Shown: positions 38,166 to 49,021, counted from the first letter of the stretch. The stretch is 64,000 nt of DNA from an uncultured Clostridia bacterium (GCA_934757825.1 CAKVLP010000001.1:430869-494868); one strand, 5' to 3'. The notes: generated by a model from the letters alone, not told the origin. A program made the numbers and translations.

Positions 38166-40586
38166 ATGAAACCTTACGATTACAAGCAAGTAGAAGAAAA
38201 GTGGCAAAAAAGATGGGAGAATAACCCACACTTTAAGGCGGTTGATTTTGATAAAACCCGCCCAAAATATTATGTGCTTTACGAGTTTCCAAACATTAGC
38301 GGAAAGAGTTTGCATGTGGGACACTTAAAAGGCTCGGTTCCTGCTGATGCACTTGCTAGATACAAGAGATTTTGCGGATATAATGTGCTATTCCCAATAG
38401 GCGGAGACGCTTTTGGATTGCCAGCCGAAAACGCTGCAATTAAGTATGGCACCGACCCAAAGAAGTTTGTGCACGATGGATTTGAAATTGTTTTAAATCA
38501 GTTTAAGAATTTGGGACTATCGTTTGACTATTCTAGGGCATTTTGCACAAGCGACCCCGATTACTACAAATGGACACAGTGGATATTTGCAGAACTTTAT
38601 AAACACGGCAAAGCATACAAGCAAAAAGGCACCGTAAACTACTGCGAGCATTGCCAAACGGTTCTTTCCAATGAGGATAGCCAAGGTGGAAAGTGCGATA
38701 GATGCGGAAACGATGTTGTGCAAGTAAATCGTGACGTGTGGTTTTTGAAAATGAAAGAGTACGCCGAAAGACTTCTTGAAAATGTTGACCGTATTCAGAT
38801 GGCGGATTATTTAAAAGAGGCTCAGCGCAACTGGATTGGCAAATCGGAAGGCGTACAAGTAAAATTTGACACCGTTGACGAGGCGGGCAAAAAAGTGGAC
38901 GAAGTTGAGATTTTCACGACCTGCATTGAGACGATATATGGTGTAACATTTATTAGTATTGCGCCAGAAAACGAACTTGTAGAAAAACTTGCGCCATATG
39001 TTAAAAATATGGACGAGGTGCGCGATTATCAGAGAAAAACCGCGCTTAGAAGCGAGTTTGATAGAAAGAGCCAGGTTAAGGACAAGACCGGTTGCGAGTT
39101 GAAAGGCGTTAAGGCAGTTAATCCTGTAAACGGGAGCGCTGTTAAGATGTTCCTAGCCGACTTTGTGCTTAACGGATATGGTACGGGCGCAGTTATGGCT
39201 GTTCCTACTCACGACCAACGCGACTTTGAATTTGCAGAGAAGTTTAATCTTCCACTTATTCAGGTTATCGATGGCGATGTTTCAAAATGTGCCGTTGAAA
39301 AGCAGGAATATTTGGCTAAAAATTCCAAAATGCTTAATTCCGCCGAGTTTACTGGTATGCCTGTTAAGGAAGCAAAAAAACTTATGGCAGAAAAAGCCGT
39401 GAAAGAGGGATATGGCAAAAAGGTTGTAAATTACAGCCTTAAAGACTGGCCATTTAATCGTCAGCGTTATTGGGGCGAGCCATTCCCAGTAGTGTTCTGT
39501 GACAAATGTGGAACGGTGCTACTAGACGAAAAGGATTTGCCTCTAACTCTTCCTGATACTAAGGACTTTTTGCCAAACGCAAATGGCGATAGTCCACTTT
39601 CGAAAATTGATAGTTTTGTAAATTGCACTTGTCCTAAGTGTGGTGGCAGAGCACGTCGTGAAACCGACACTATGCCAAACTGGGCAGGGTCGAGTTGGTA
39701 CTGGCTAAGATTTTGCGACCCTCACAATGACAAAGCACTTGCCGATTTTGAAAAACTTAAATACTGGGGAAGTGTTGATGTTTACACGGGCGGAACCGAA
39801 CACATTACTCGCCACGTGTTGTACGCATTTTTCTGGCAAAACTTTTTGTACGAGATAGGCGCTGTGCCTACTCGCGACCCATTCATTAGAAAGATGGGAA
39901 GCGGGCTTATCCTAGACGATGAGGGCAAAAAGATGAGTAAGTCGTCCAAAAACGGCGTGTCGCCATCGGAGATTATTGAAAAGTACGGCGTTGACGTGGC
40001 TAGAATGCACCTTCACTTCTTGTCGGCTTATGAGGATAATTGCCTTTGGACTTACAATGGCATCGATGGAATTGTAAACTTCCTTGACAAGGTTTGGAAT
40101 TTGCCAGACATTATGAAGGGAGAAGGTGTGTCAAAAGAGCACGAAGTAGAACTTCACGCACTTATCAAAAAAGTGTCGACCGATTATGAAAATCTAAAAC
40201 TTAACACTGCAATTTCGGCATGTATGATATTCCTTAAAAAGGTTAGAGAGGACGGATTTATAACAAAAGAGGAACTTCAAAAGTTCTTGATTGTGCTTAA
40301 TCCACTTGCGCCTCACATTACTAGCGAACTTTACGAGATTGTTTTTGGCAAAGATATCTTGGACGAAAAGTGGCCGGAATTTGACGAAGCAAAAACAGTT
40401 AAAAAAGAAATTGAAATCCCAGTTCAGGTTAATGGCAAACTTAGAGCGACTGTCGCTATCACAAGAGATGCGGAACAAGCCCAAGTTGTTGAAAAAGTAA
40501 AAGAACTAGGAAAACTTGCGATTGATTTTGAAAACGTGAAGAAAATAATTTACGTTAAAGGAAAAATCATTAACTTTATTGTTTAG
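38166..40586 (+). CDS. leuS: Leucine--tRNA ligase
   Basis: 806 aa with HIGH motif (LHVGHLKG), KMSKS motif (KKMSKSSKNG) and a CP1 editing insertion. Confidence 0.92.
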   Translation: MKPYDYKQVEEKWQKRWENNPHFKAVDFDKTRPKYYVLYEFPNISGKSLHVGHLKGSVPADALARYKRFCGYNVLFPIGGDAFGLPAENAAIKYGTDPKKFVHDGFEIVLNQFKNLGLSFDYSRAFCTSDPDYYKWTQWIFAELYKHGKAYKQKGTVNYCEHCQTVLSNEDSQGGKCDRCGNDVVQVNRDVWFLKMKEYAERLLENVDRIQMADYLKEAQRNWIGKSEGVQVKFDTVDEAGKKVDEVEIFTTCIETIYGVTFISIAPENELVEKLAPYVKNMDEVRDYQRKTALRSEFDRKSQVKDKTGCELKGVKAVNPVNGSAVKMFLADFVLNGYGTGAVMAVPTHDQRDFEFAEKFNLPLIQVIDGDVSKCAVEKQEYLAKNSKMLNSAEFTGMPVKEAKKLMAEKAVKEGYGKKVVNYSLKDWPFNRQRYWGEPFPVVFCDKCGTVLLDEKDLPLTLPDTKDFLPNANGDSPLSKIDSFVNCTCPKCGGRARRETDTMPNWAGSSWYWLRFCDPHNDKALADFEKLKYWGSVDVYTGGTEHITRHVLYAFFWQNFLYEIGAVPTRDPFIRKMGSGLILDDEGKKMSKSSKNGVSPSEIIEKYGVDVARMHLHFLSAYEDNCLWTYNGIDGIVNFLDKVWNLPDIMKGEGVSKEHEVELHALIKKVSTDYENLKLNTAISACMIFLKKVREDGFITKEELQKFLIVLNPLAPHITSELYEIVFGKDILDEKWPEFDEAKTVKKEIEIPVQVNGKLRATVAITRDAEQAQVVEKVKELGKLAIDFENVKKIIYVKGKIINFIV

Positions 40587-40591
40587 TTTTT

Positions 40592-40616
40592 GAGAGGGGT
40601 TTTCCCCCTCTTTTTT
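40592..40616 (+). terminator. leuS terminator
   Basis: Stem GAGAGGGG/CCCCCTC followed by T6. Confidence 0.7.
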
Positions 40617-40689
40617 AAATTTTTTTAAAAAACCTATTGACCTTACAGTTTACTATAATGTTATAGTGAGGCAAATAAAGGAGAAGTTT

Positions 40690-40824
40690 ATGATAAAAAT
40701 CGGAGAACTAAGTAGTATTAGTGAAGTGACGCCACAGACATTAAGATTTTATGAGGATAAGGGACTCATATGTCCAATTGAAGTGGATAGGTGGACGGGA
40801 TATTATGTGTTTAAAAAGGTGTGA
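40690..40824 (+). pseudogene. N-terminal fragment of a MerR-family regulator
   Basis: 44 codons: MIKIGELSSISEVTPQTLRFYEDKGLICPIEVDRWTGYYVFKKV. This is the MerR wHTH only, with no effector or coiled-coil part. Confidence 0.6.
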
Positions 40825-41072
40825 GTTTTTTAGGTGTTAAGTCTCCAATTGAGTGTTAAAAGTCTCTTGACTTTAAGAAATAATTTAATGATTTTTGCTT
40901 AGTGTGAAGAAATAATTTTATGGTTAGTATAAAATCAAAAATACACTATTATAGTTTGAAAAAGCATTGTTATTCTTATTTGTGTAAGGATAAAACTTTA
41001 CATGTTTGACAAACCACATAAAAAAATAAAATCAATATTGATTTTAATAATGAGGTGTGATACAATTAAAAT

Positions 41073-42056
41073 ATGAAAAAAGAATATATTGAATCAACAA
41101 AAAACAAAATAATAGAGTATATTAGAAATGGCGGGTCGCTTTACGTAGACAAGATTAAGAGTTTGCCGTTTTATGAGTCGCTTAATTTCATAAGACGTGA
41201 AAAAGAACTTGGGCTTACGTCTTGCGCAGATGTACTTAATTACCTTGGCTTTGAATATGATCGCGAATATCACGACTATAAAGTGATGTTGGAGGAAATC
41301 GCTAAGTATGCTGATGCGGAAAACTATGTTGATGACTTTAAAAAACAAAGAGACACCCATATTCATAATGCATTTAAAGAACGTGCAAGGGAAATTGGCT
41401 GTACTCCAAGCGACTACTTAATACTTATGACTCCGTTTAGATATAGAAAAACCTTTAAGTAAGTTGATTATGTTGAGCAATTAGTCGAAGAGTTTTGGAA
41501 AAAGTATCCCGATGGCGATGTGACCAGATTTAAGCGCGAAAATCCTACGCTTTATTATAAATTCAAACACCTTGTTTGGGCTTCTCAACAGGAAGGGGCT
41601 AGTTCGGAAGATGTTGCTGCTTTGCTTGGAATAAGTAGCGAGAAAAAATTTAGCGAAAAGATGATTAGGGCGTCTATTAACGAAGAAGATATGATCAATG
41701 AGTATCTTAAAAAGGTTGCTTCTGGCGAAATTAAAAATCTTTCGAGAGATAGAACTTTTTATATGAGGCTAAACTCAATTGCTGCTCGAAACGGCACTTC
41801 GGTTTATCAACTTTTGGTGCTTCACGGCATTACGCCTCCACCAGGACTTAGAAAACAATCCGAAAGACTAAGACTTACGAAAGTAGACTCAAACGAAAGA
41901 GCAAAAGAACTTTTAGCCAAACGCGCCGAAATAATGTGTCGAGAAGGTTTCCCAGTTCCAAAAAACGAACGCGAAAAATATTATCTAAACAAGCGCCTTG
42001 CAATTATGACAATTAAAGAATTGTCCCCAGCAAAAGACAATATTACAATAAAATAA
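41073..42056 (+). pseudogene. Hypothetical gene interrupted by one in-frame TAA (41460-41462)
   Basis: ORFs 41073..41462 and 41520..42056 are in the same frame. The 57 nt between them are open, and the downstream half has no RBS. Confidence 0.5.
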
Positions 42057-42200
42057 CAAAAAGATAATTTTTCAATATAATATTTGTTTTAAAATATTGA
42101 TTTGAAAATATTGATAAATTGTTTTTTAAAACCATAAAAAATAAAGGAAACAAAAAAGAAGGATTTATGTTAAATCCTTCTTTTTGTTTATCAAAGTACA

Positions 42201-42704
42201 TTATTTAACCATTTCTTTTTTGTCAAAACTTTTTACGACTTTAAATTTGTGGTCTAGCATATTCATTTCGGGGTCAAACTTGACTTTGCCTACAATGTTT
42301 TTGCCTTCAAGCACCTTTGGCAACCACAACAAGTCGTCTGGCAACATTCGGTCAAGTGGTGGATTTTTGATATCAAACCAATGTGGAATTATCTCCTCGG
42401 TTTCCTTAATTGTGCCGGAATATTTAAAACACTTGTATATAAACATTTCCATATTTGCGTGTTCGCCCTTGTACCACAAGTCAAAGTCGATTTTGCCTAC
42501 TTGGGTGTAGTCGATAGGCTTTGCGCCAATTTCCTCAACGCACTCTCTTATCATCGCTTGTTCTATCGTTTCGCCAGGGTCTTGTTTGCCACCAATGCCG
42601 TTAAGTGTGCCTTTTGCAAACCCGCGTTTCTTTTCGCCTAGCAAAATTTTGTCGCCCTCAATAAATAAAGTTAAAGTTGTTTTTAATTGTTTTAATTTCT
42701 CCAT
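42201..42704 (-). CDS. Nudix hydrolase (MutT-like)
   Basis: Nudix box GGKQDPGETIEQAMIRECVEEIGA. Confidence 0.8.
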   Translation of the reverse strand: MEKLKQLKTTLTLFIEGDKILLGEKKRGFAKGTLNGIGGKQDPGETIEQAMIRECVEEIGAKPIDYTQVGKIDFDLWYKGEHANMEMFIYKCFKYSGTIKETEEIIPHWFDIKNPPLDRMLPDDLLWLPKVLEGKNIVGKVKFDPEMNMLDHKFKVVKSFDKKEMVK

Positions 42705-43117
42705 ATTCTACTCCTAAAAAAAATTGTTTAAGCTGTTTAGAATTAAACCTCCTTTGAACGTCCGCAAAAATAACACAGCCAAATTATAATTTGCATGTAT
42801 TTTTGCCATTCTTAAGAACTTAATCTTCCATACTTAAACAAACGGAATGGGCGAATATTTGTACCTATATATTACAATACTTCCGCCAAACTGTCAACCC
42901 CTAATTTTGCTAAACTTCATTTTACAAATCCTAACAACTAATTTGACAAGCGATTTAATTTGCAAGTTAAATTTATTGCTTATGTAAAATCATAAATGCT
43001 ATTTGACCGCATATTGACCCAAAGACATAAAACTTTCGCCGTAATTTGTTGGGCTAATGATGAAGTTGTGATATAATTACAAATGATAAAAAGCATATAA
43101 CTAAGGAGTGGGCAGAT

Positions 43118-43624
43118 ATGAAACTGTTGGAAATTAAGGACAATCAAAAATATATTGAAAGAATTAAAGATATTTACATTTCATCTTTTCCAGAGGTGGA
43201 AAGAGTTGACTTTAAAGACCTTATAGAGCATAAAAAGTATCCAGGCAGTAAACTATTGGGTGTTTTTAATGATGATTGTTTGGTTGGGTTTTCCTATGTG
43301 AGCACAAAGGGGAATTTTGCCTACATTATTTATTTGGCGATTGCCAGCGAGTATAGAAACAAAAACTATGGCACCACAGCACTAAAACTAATATGTGATA
43401 TGTATAAGGACAAAACTATGTCGATGTGTGTTGAAAAGCCTGAGCTCCCCGATGATGAGCCAACAAGAAGAATAAATTTTTACAAACGAAATGGTTTTAA
43501 AGTTGCGGATTTGGAGTATATTTACTTGGGACAAAAATACAATGTTATGTATAATGGCAATTTTGATGAGGAAAAGTTTGTAGAGTTTTTCACGTGCTTG
43601 TTCCCGTATATTGATAGGCTTTAA
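43118..43624 (+). CDS. GNAT-family N-acetyltransferase
   Basis: 168 aa with motif A at LAIASEYRNKNYGTTAL. Confidence 0.7.
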   Translation: MKLLEIKDNQKYIERIKDIYISSFPEVERVDFKDLIEHKKYPGSKLLGVFNDDCLVGFSYVSTKGNFAYIIYLAIASEYRNKNYGTTALKLICDMYKDKTMSMCVEKPELPDDEPTRRINFYKRNGFKVADLEYIYLGQKYNVMYNGNFDEEKFVEFFTCLFPYIDRL

Positions 43625-43752
43625 GTAGTGCAAAAAGATAAATTGAGAAGACCATAAAGGCGGGGTAATATCCTTATAAGTTTAATCATTCCGCTTTTTA
43701 AGGAAATTAAATAAGAAAATACATTCAATGTGCCCAAAATTCAAATAAAAAT

Positions 43753-44220
43753 GTGAGTGTGAAAGATACAATTTACTCTATCAAAAACGCGGGTTTTGAT
43801 GGCGTTTTTCTGCAATGGTACAATAAGGACTGGGAGTTTTCTGAGCAGCAGCAACTAGACCTTTGCAGAGAATTGGGGCTTTAAATTCCATTTGTGCATC
43901 TTGGCTATAAAGGGATTAACAACATTTGGCTTGAAGGCGAAGAGGGCGACAAGTTAGTCGAAGGATATCTAAACGATTTGGACGCTTGCAAGGCGAATAA
44001 CATCGATATGGTCGTAATGCGTATTACTTCAAAAGATAAGGCGCCCGCTCCTAGTATGGTTGGGATAAAGAGATTGCAAAACCTTGCTGACAACCTAAAA
44101 AATGCAAATTATCTAGGACACGTGATATTGGAAAGTTGTTATCAAAACGACTACTTAAATATGTCGCTTGATCATTTCTACAAACGTAGTATGGAAAGAG
44201 CGAAACAAATAAATTTATAG
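43753..44220 (+). pseudogene. Xylose-isomerase-like TIM-barrel (sugar phosphate isomerase/epimerase) gene interrupted by an in-frame TAA (43882-43884)
   Basis: The upstream piece (...IKNAGFDGVFLQW...CRELGL*) and ORF 43894..44220 share a frame. The total is shorter than normal family members. Confidence 0.45.
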
Positions 44221-44228
44221 GAGTAAAA

Positions 44229-44798
44229 ATGGCAAAAAATATTTTCATTTTGCATAGTTTAAATGGCGACACGCTCGAATTTTGGGGAAAAGATGTAAAA
44301 CAAAAATTTGAGGGGAAATTGGACGTAATTATGCCACAATTTCCAGTTAGAGCCGAAAGTAGATTCGAAAAATTTGATGAAATCCTTTCAAAATATTTGG
44401 AAAACGGGCAATTGTGTGAGGACTCAATCGTCGTTTGTCATAGCATAGCAAATCCATATTTCATTAGGTTTTGTAGATTGCACAACTTTGTTCCGCTAAA
44501 CTACATCGCAGTCGCCCCAGGTGCTGCGTATCCTTATCCTATGACAAGAACAGACTATGTTGTTGAAGTGAAAAAACAGTCTTATCTAAAACCAGAAGAT
44601 ATTGCGTTTGCCGACCACTTCAAAAACATCTTTATGCTTTACTCGGACGAGGACGACCTTAATCCCGATAAATTTGTAAGATTTAGTAACGATTTTCACA
44701 CAAAAAATATGTATTTAAAGGGCTACAAACACTTTGATGGAAAACATAAAGTTTATGAAATTCCTGAACTTATAGAACTAATAAACAGCCTAATTTAA
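44229..44798 (+). CDS. Alpha/beta hydrolase (YdeN/RBBP9-like serine hydrolase)
   Basis: 189 aa with the nucleophile-elbow-like VCHSIA. Size and layout match the YdeN family. Confidence 0.45.
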   Translation: MAKNIFILHSLNGDTLEFWGKDVKQKFEGKLDVIMPQFPVRAESRFEKFDEILSKYLENGQLCEDSIVVCHSIANPYFIRFCRLHNFVPLNYIAVAPGAAYPYPMTRTDYVVEVKKQSYLKPEDIAFADHFKNIFMLYSDEDDLNPDKFVRFSNDFHTKNMYLKGYKHFDGKHKVYEIPELIELINSLI

Positions 44799-44901
44799 CA
44801 AAAAACACTCAAAGAAAACTTAGAGTGTTTTTTTAAAAGCCTATTTGATAGTATTTTTTCGGTTAATTAAGAAGTTTTGAAAAATAAAACATCTTTTGAA
44901 A

Positions 44902-47658
44902 TTATCTATTTTGTATAGCGTCAATAGGGCGTTTTTTAGAAATTTTAATTGATGGAATTAGACTTGAAATAAATGCCGAACCCCAGCAAATTGCAAGCAA
45001 CAACAATATTTGACGAAGTCCGAATGAAAGTAGCACAACGGAAACGCCAATTGCCTTAATGATAACGCGGTTGATTATCATACTTCCAACAAATGTTGCA
45101 GTGGCTGATAATACAAAGTTTATAAACGCAATAATTGTGCTTTCGTTAAAGAATATTCCGAAAATATCGCTTCCTCTTGCGCCAAGCGCACGAAGCACGC
45201 CGATTTCACGTTTTTTATAACTAATACTCGTTGAGATAAAGTTCATAAGAAGTAGGGACGCAAACACTGCAAACGCAATGGCTACATACAAGAATATTGT
45301 GCTAACACTGGTAATAATGTCCTCAAAACTATCAAACACTTCGGTTGCACCGTTTACAACTGCAAATCTAGTGTTTTCGGAATTTATAGTTTCGCAATAT
45401 TTAATAAGTTCGGCGTCTTGGCTGGTGCCTTGCATAAATGTGTAAATTGAATTGTAATTTGACATACTTTCGTAGTGTTTATAAGTATTGGCAAATCCAT
45501 TTCCGCCCAAAATATTGTTGTTATTGCTTTGTAGTGTGCCAATAACTTTGTATGTTCCAATCTTTTCTCCGCCATAGGGTTTGGTGTAAATTGAAATATA
45601 AAGTTGATCGTTATCAATTTGGGTTTTGTAATCGCTTACTCTGTTTTCCAAAAGGCCATAGTAAACCATAATTTCATTGTCGCCGATTTGCACAAATTTC
45701 CCATCAGAGCCAATTATTTTTTCAACCCCGCCTTTAAAATAGTTGATATTGTAATATTTAACAAGGTTATAGTCATTAGAGTATTCCTTTGCCAAGTTGT
45801 CTGCCCACTCGTTAAATGTAATGCTTACTTCATCTCCCCAAATATTTTGTCTGTTTGAAGCGTCGTTAATTTCCATATATGCGTATGTGGAATTTTCCCC
45901 GTTCAATTTGTTTAATTTTTCCATATTTGATGAAGATACGAATACCCAGTTTGAAATACCCGACATTATCCTGCTGGTAATTTCGTTTGCAACTTTGTAG
46001 TTTGATTGGATTTCGCTGTCTTTTAGGCTTTCGTATTTGCTGAAATCGGACTTGTCGTCCACAATGCCCACAACATCAAACTGCACTTTTTCGTATCGGG
46101 AGTCGTCGTCCTCGTAGAAGTTGTTGATTGTAAGTTTTAGTCCAGAAAACGATGTTAAATTCATATCGGGCAAGTTTTTTTCTAGTACATTAAACAAGTG
46201 CTTTGTGATTGCGATTTCGTGGTCGTTGACTGGCAATCTTCCCTCTATTTCAAAATCGCCCGCTTCTAAGTCGTCGTTTGAGAAGTTTGCAAATTTTGTG
46301 GCGCAAAACTGCCAAACATAGTTAACCTGTGAAGGAAGTTCTTGCCCGACAACGTCCATAGTGGCAAACCTGTATCTGCTCCCGGCTACTGGCTTGAAGG
46401 TATAATCTGGGAATTTTTGGCTTAGGTTTTCAATGTCGACAGAAGAAAAATTCATGTCGTTCATATATGTATTGCCTTCTTCTCTTTGTTGTTTTTTGAA
46501 AACCACAATTTTTTGATTGTCGTATTTTATTCCGTCATAAACAGAAGTTGCCCTGTTCCAAGTGGAGAAGGTATCTATTAGACCAAACACTGTAAATGCG
46601 AAAAATGAAAGGAGTAGTGTGAATATAAGTTTGCCGACTTTTGTTTTTAGCGAACTAGCGCCCATTTTAAAACTGTCGGAAAATTTAAGGTGCGACTTAA
46701 TTAGTTTTAAACTGTTGCCGTTGTAATTTTGTTGTTTGATGTCGGAAGGAGTGGTCGCTACAAAAGACTCTTTGTTTCCCTCGTCATTTATCTTTGCGCC
46801 CTCTTTAAGTTTTTTGTTTCCCTCTTTGTCAAACGATATGAATAAGTCCGATTTTTCAACGTTTCGTTTTATAAACTTAGAAAGACTGTACACCTCGCTA
46901 TCGCTAATTTGTTGACCTTTTTTGATGTACAACATATCGTCGCCAATGAGTTTTATGCCCGATGCGGTCTGACGGCTTTGAATTTCTTTTTTCGTCATAT
47001 CCGAAATAATCTGGCCGTCTTTAAGTTCTATAATTCGGTCACCGTAAACCTCGGCAAACTCGCGGTCGTGCGAAACTATTATCACAAGTTTTTTCTCAGA
47101 TAGTTTTTTAAGCGTGTCCATAACTTGCTTTCCGGTGTTGCTGTCTAGCGCGCCAGTAGGCTCGTCCGCCATAATGATTTCGGGGTTTTTAATAAGCGCA
47201 CGCGCAATCGCAACCCTCTGTTTTTGACCGCCAGAAAGTTGGTTTGGTTTGCGGTTTGCATACTGAAGCATATCCACTTGTTCTAGTAGCGCATTTACTT
47301 CTTCTTTTCTTGCCTTTTTGCCTTGAAGTTCTAGCGCAAGGGCAAGGTTTTTGGCTACTGTGAAGTTTTCCAAGATGTTGTACTCCTGGAAGATAAAACC
47401 AATAAAGGTGTTTCGATAACTATCAAAGTCGCTCTGTGTGAAATCCTTGCTGGATTTGCCCTTGATAATTATTTCGCCGGAGTCAAACTTGTCTAGACCA
47501 CCAATGGCGTTTAAAAGAGTACTTTTACCACTACCGGATTTGCCCAACAAAAACACAAGGCCTGTTTCGGGAAACTCGATGCTAACGTTGTTTAGAGCGT
47601 ATACGGTGTCGGCTTTTTTGGTTTTGTAGATTTTTACCAAATTTAATACTTTTAACAT
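44902..47658 (-). CDS. ABC transporter, ATPase fused to a MacB/FtsX-type permease
   Basis: 918 aa with Walker A GKSGSGKST, signature LSGGQKQRVAIARAL and Walker B IIMADEPTGALD. Also has a large extracytoplasmic domain and a C-terminal FtsX-like 4-TM bundle. Confidence 0.8.
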   Translation of the reverse strand: MLKVLNLVKIYKTKKADTVYALNNVSIEFPETGLVFLLGKSGSGKSTLLNAIGGLDKFDSGEIIIKGKSSKDFTQSDFDSYRNTFIGFIFQEYNILENFTVAKNLALALELQGKKARKEEVNALLEQVDMLQYANRKPNQLSGGQKQRVAIARALIKNPEIIMADEPTGALDSNTGKQVMDTLKKLSEKKLVIIVSHDREFAEVYGDRIIELKDGQIISDMTKKEIQSRQTASGIKLIGDDMLYIKKGQQISDSEVYSLSKFIKRNVEKSDLFISFDKEGNKKLKEGAKINDEGNKESFVATTPSDIKQQNYNGNSLKLIKSHLKFSDSFKMGASSLKTKVGKLIFTLLLSFFAFTVFGLIDTFSTWNRATSVYDGIKYDNQKIVVFKKQQREEGNTYMNDMNFSSVDIENLSQKFPDYTFKPVAGSRYRFATMDVVGQELPSQVNYVWQFCATKFANFSNDDLEAGDFEIEGRLPVNDHEIAITKHLFNVLEKNLPDMNLTSFSGLKLTINNFYEDDDSRYEKVQFDVVGIVDDKSDFSKYESLKDSEIQSNYKVANEITSRIMSGISNWVFVSSSNMEKLNKLNGENSTYAYMEINDASNRQNIWGDEVSITFNEWADNLAKEYSNDYNLVKYYNINYFKGGVEKIIGSDGKFVQIGDNEIMVYYGLLENRVSDYKTQIDNDQLYISIYTKPYGGEKIGTYKVIGTLQSNNNNILGGNGFANTYKHYESMSNYNSIYTFMQGTSQDAELIKYCETINSENTRFAVVNGATEVFDSFEDIITSVSTIFLYVAIAFAVFASLLLMNFISTSISYKKREIGVLRALGARGSDIFGIFFNESTIIAFINFVLSATATFVGSMIINRVIIKAIGVSVVLLSFGLRQILLLLAICWGSAFISSLIPSIKISKKRPIDAIQNR

Positions 47659-48025
47659 TTCTCTTTCCTTGAAAATTATTTGTTATTATAAATGTTTAAA
47701 ATAATAAATATATAACATCAAAAGTATACATGATTTTTATAGAATTATCAAGTGCGATGTTGGTATTTTTAAATTAGCCCACGCGTGTAAAGTTTTATCC
47801 TTACACAAATACCAATAAATCCTCACAAAATTAGCCCGTGTGGGCTTGTATAACCTTGTGACGATGTTGGTCCCGTGTGTGAAATTCGATTTATGAAAGC
47901 TTTTTATCTGATAGGCGTATAATAACTTTTGTTTTTTAAATTCACTCAAATAGAATTGAAAATTGAAAGCGCATAGGTTTTGCGCTATTGTTATTTTGTG
48001 ATATAATATCTTTAAAGGTGAAGTT

Positions 48026-48424
48026 ATGAATCAAAAGGGAATAATGCGAGAGAATATAGATTTTCAAAATCCTAACATTGAGCGGTGGCATTTTGGTGTG
48101 GATAATGACAAATTGTTAAATCTGGTTTTGGCTGGCAAGAAAAAAGCGACTTGCTATCTTTATGATGAAAACGAGGAGTTGGCGAAAATAGGAGACTTAT
48201 CGGTTATTACAACATCTGATGGGAAAGATGCGTGCATTATACAAACCGAAGATGTTAAAATTTTGCCTTTTAACGAAATAACGTGGGATTTGGCAAAACT
48301 TGAAGGCGAAACCAATAATCTTGAAGAATGGATTAAAATACACACCAAGTTTTTTAAAACGCGAAACAAGGATTTTAATGAAAGCACCTTAATTGTATTT
48401 GAAAAATTTAAGCTGCTTAACTAA
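48026..48424 (+). CDS. ASCH-domain protein
   Basis: WHFG...LLNLVLAGKKKATCYLYDE...GDLSVI...ACIIQTEDVKILPFNEIT...AKLEGE matches the ASCH (YqfB-like) family pattern. Confidence 0.7.
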   Translation: MNQKGIMRENIDFQNPNIERWHFGVDNDKLLNLVLAGKKKATCYLYDENEELAKIGDLSVITTSDGKDACIIQTEDVKILPFNEITWDLAKLEGETNNLEEWIKIHTKFFKTRNKDFNESTLIVFEKFKLLN

Positions 48425-48458
48425 CAAAATCATTATTTTTGATTAAAGAGGGATAATT

Positions 48459-48902
48459 ATGAATATAAAACAATGTGATGTTTGCGGTAATAAAATACTT
48501 GTTGATAACTATGGAAATGGGTGTGATTGTCCTATTTGCGGTTGGAGGCAATCGGAGGAATCTTTTAATCATCCAAATACTGCGGGGGTTAGAAATATTC
48601 CAACCTTAAATAATGCTATAAAACAATTTAAAGAAGGGAAATCTGCAACATTGGCAAATTTTGAAGACTTCATTAGTGCTTTCAATAATTATGGAGAGTT
48701 GGAATTTACTTACGACAACAAAAGATTTGGCGTATTGTTGGATGATAAAAGCAATAATATTATTTTATTAAACATTGAAAACAACCAAAAACAATATTAT
48801 TCCAACATTGATAGTTTTGCGCGTACTTCTCAAATAGATGGAATCCCATTAAAAACATTATGGAATAGAGTGACAAATACAGATTTCTTACAAGAAACTT
48901 AA
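48459..48902 (+). CDS. Zinc-ribbon (CPCC-like Cys-rich) protein, paralogue of 59268..59693
   Basis: CDVCG...CDCPICGW four-Cys ribbon at the N-terminus. The first ~26 nt are identical to the start of the 59268 gene. Confidence 0.5.
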   Translation: MNIKQCDVCGNKILVDNYGNGCDCPICGWRQSEESFNHPNTAGVRNIPTLNNAIKQFKEGKSATLANFEDFISAFNNYGELEFTYDNKRFGVLLDDKSNNIILLNIENNQKQYYSNIDSFARTSQIDGIPLKTLWNRVTNTDFLQET

Positions 48903-48947
48903 TTATTAAAATATACTGCTCATCCAAATATTAACAAATATGGATAT

Positions 48948-49021
48948 AAAAAAAATCACTAGCAAAACTAGTGATTTTTTGTTGTGGTGCCGAAGGTGGG
49001 GGTCGAACCCACATGAAGTTG
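48948..49021. repeat. Direct repeat copy 1: terminator hairpin plus the last 37 nt of tRNA-Leu(CAA)
   Basis: AAAAAATCACTAGCAAAACTAGTGATTTTTTGTTG+TGGTGCCGAAGGTGGGGGTCGAACCCACATGAAGTTG is identical, apart from one A in the A-run, to 60648-60720. Confidence 0.9.

Noticed and set aside
41460-43884. TAA reassigned as a sense codon (alternative genetic code)
   Set aside because: TAA clearly terminates conserved full-length housekeeping genes in the same window, including metG, hisS and the ABC exporter genes. The two in-frame TAA codons are therefore better explained as nonsense mutations in decaying accessory genes.
47740-47900. Riboswitch or structured leader upstream of the MacB-like ABC transporter
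   Set aside because: The region contains short repeated motifs (CGATGTTGGT x2, ATTAGCCC x2) and small hairpins (TTGGTATTT/AAATACCAA, AGCCC/GGGCT). I recognise no known riboswitch core, and the repeats are too short to interpret.
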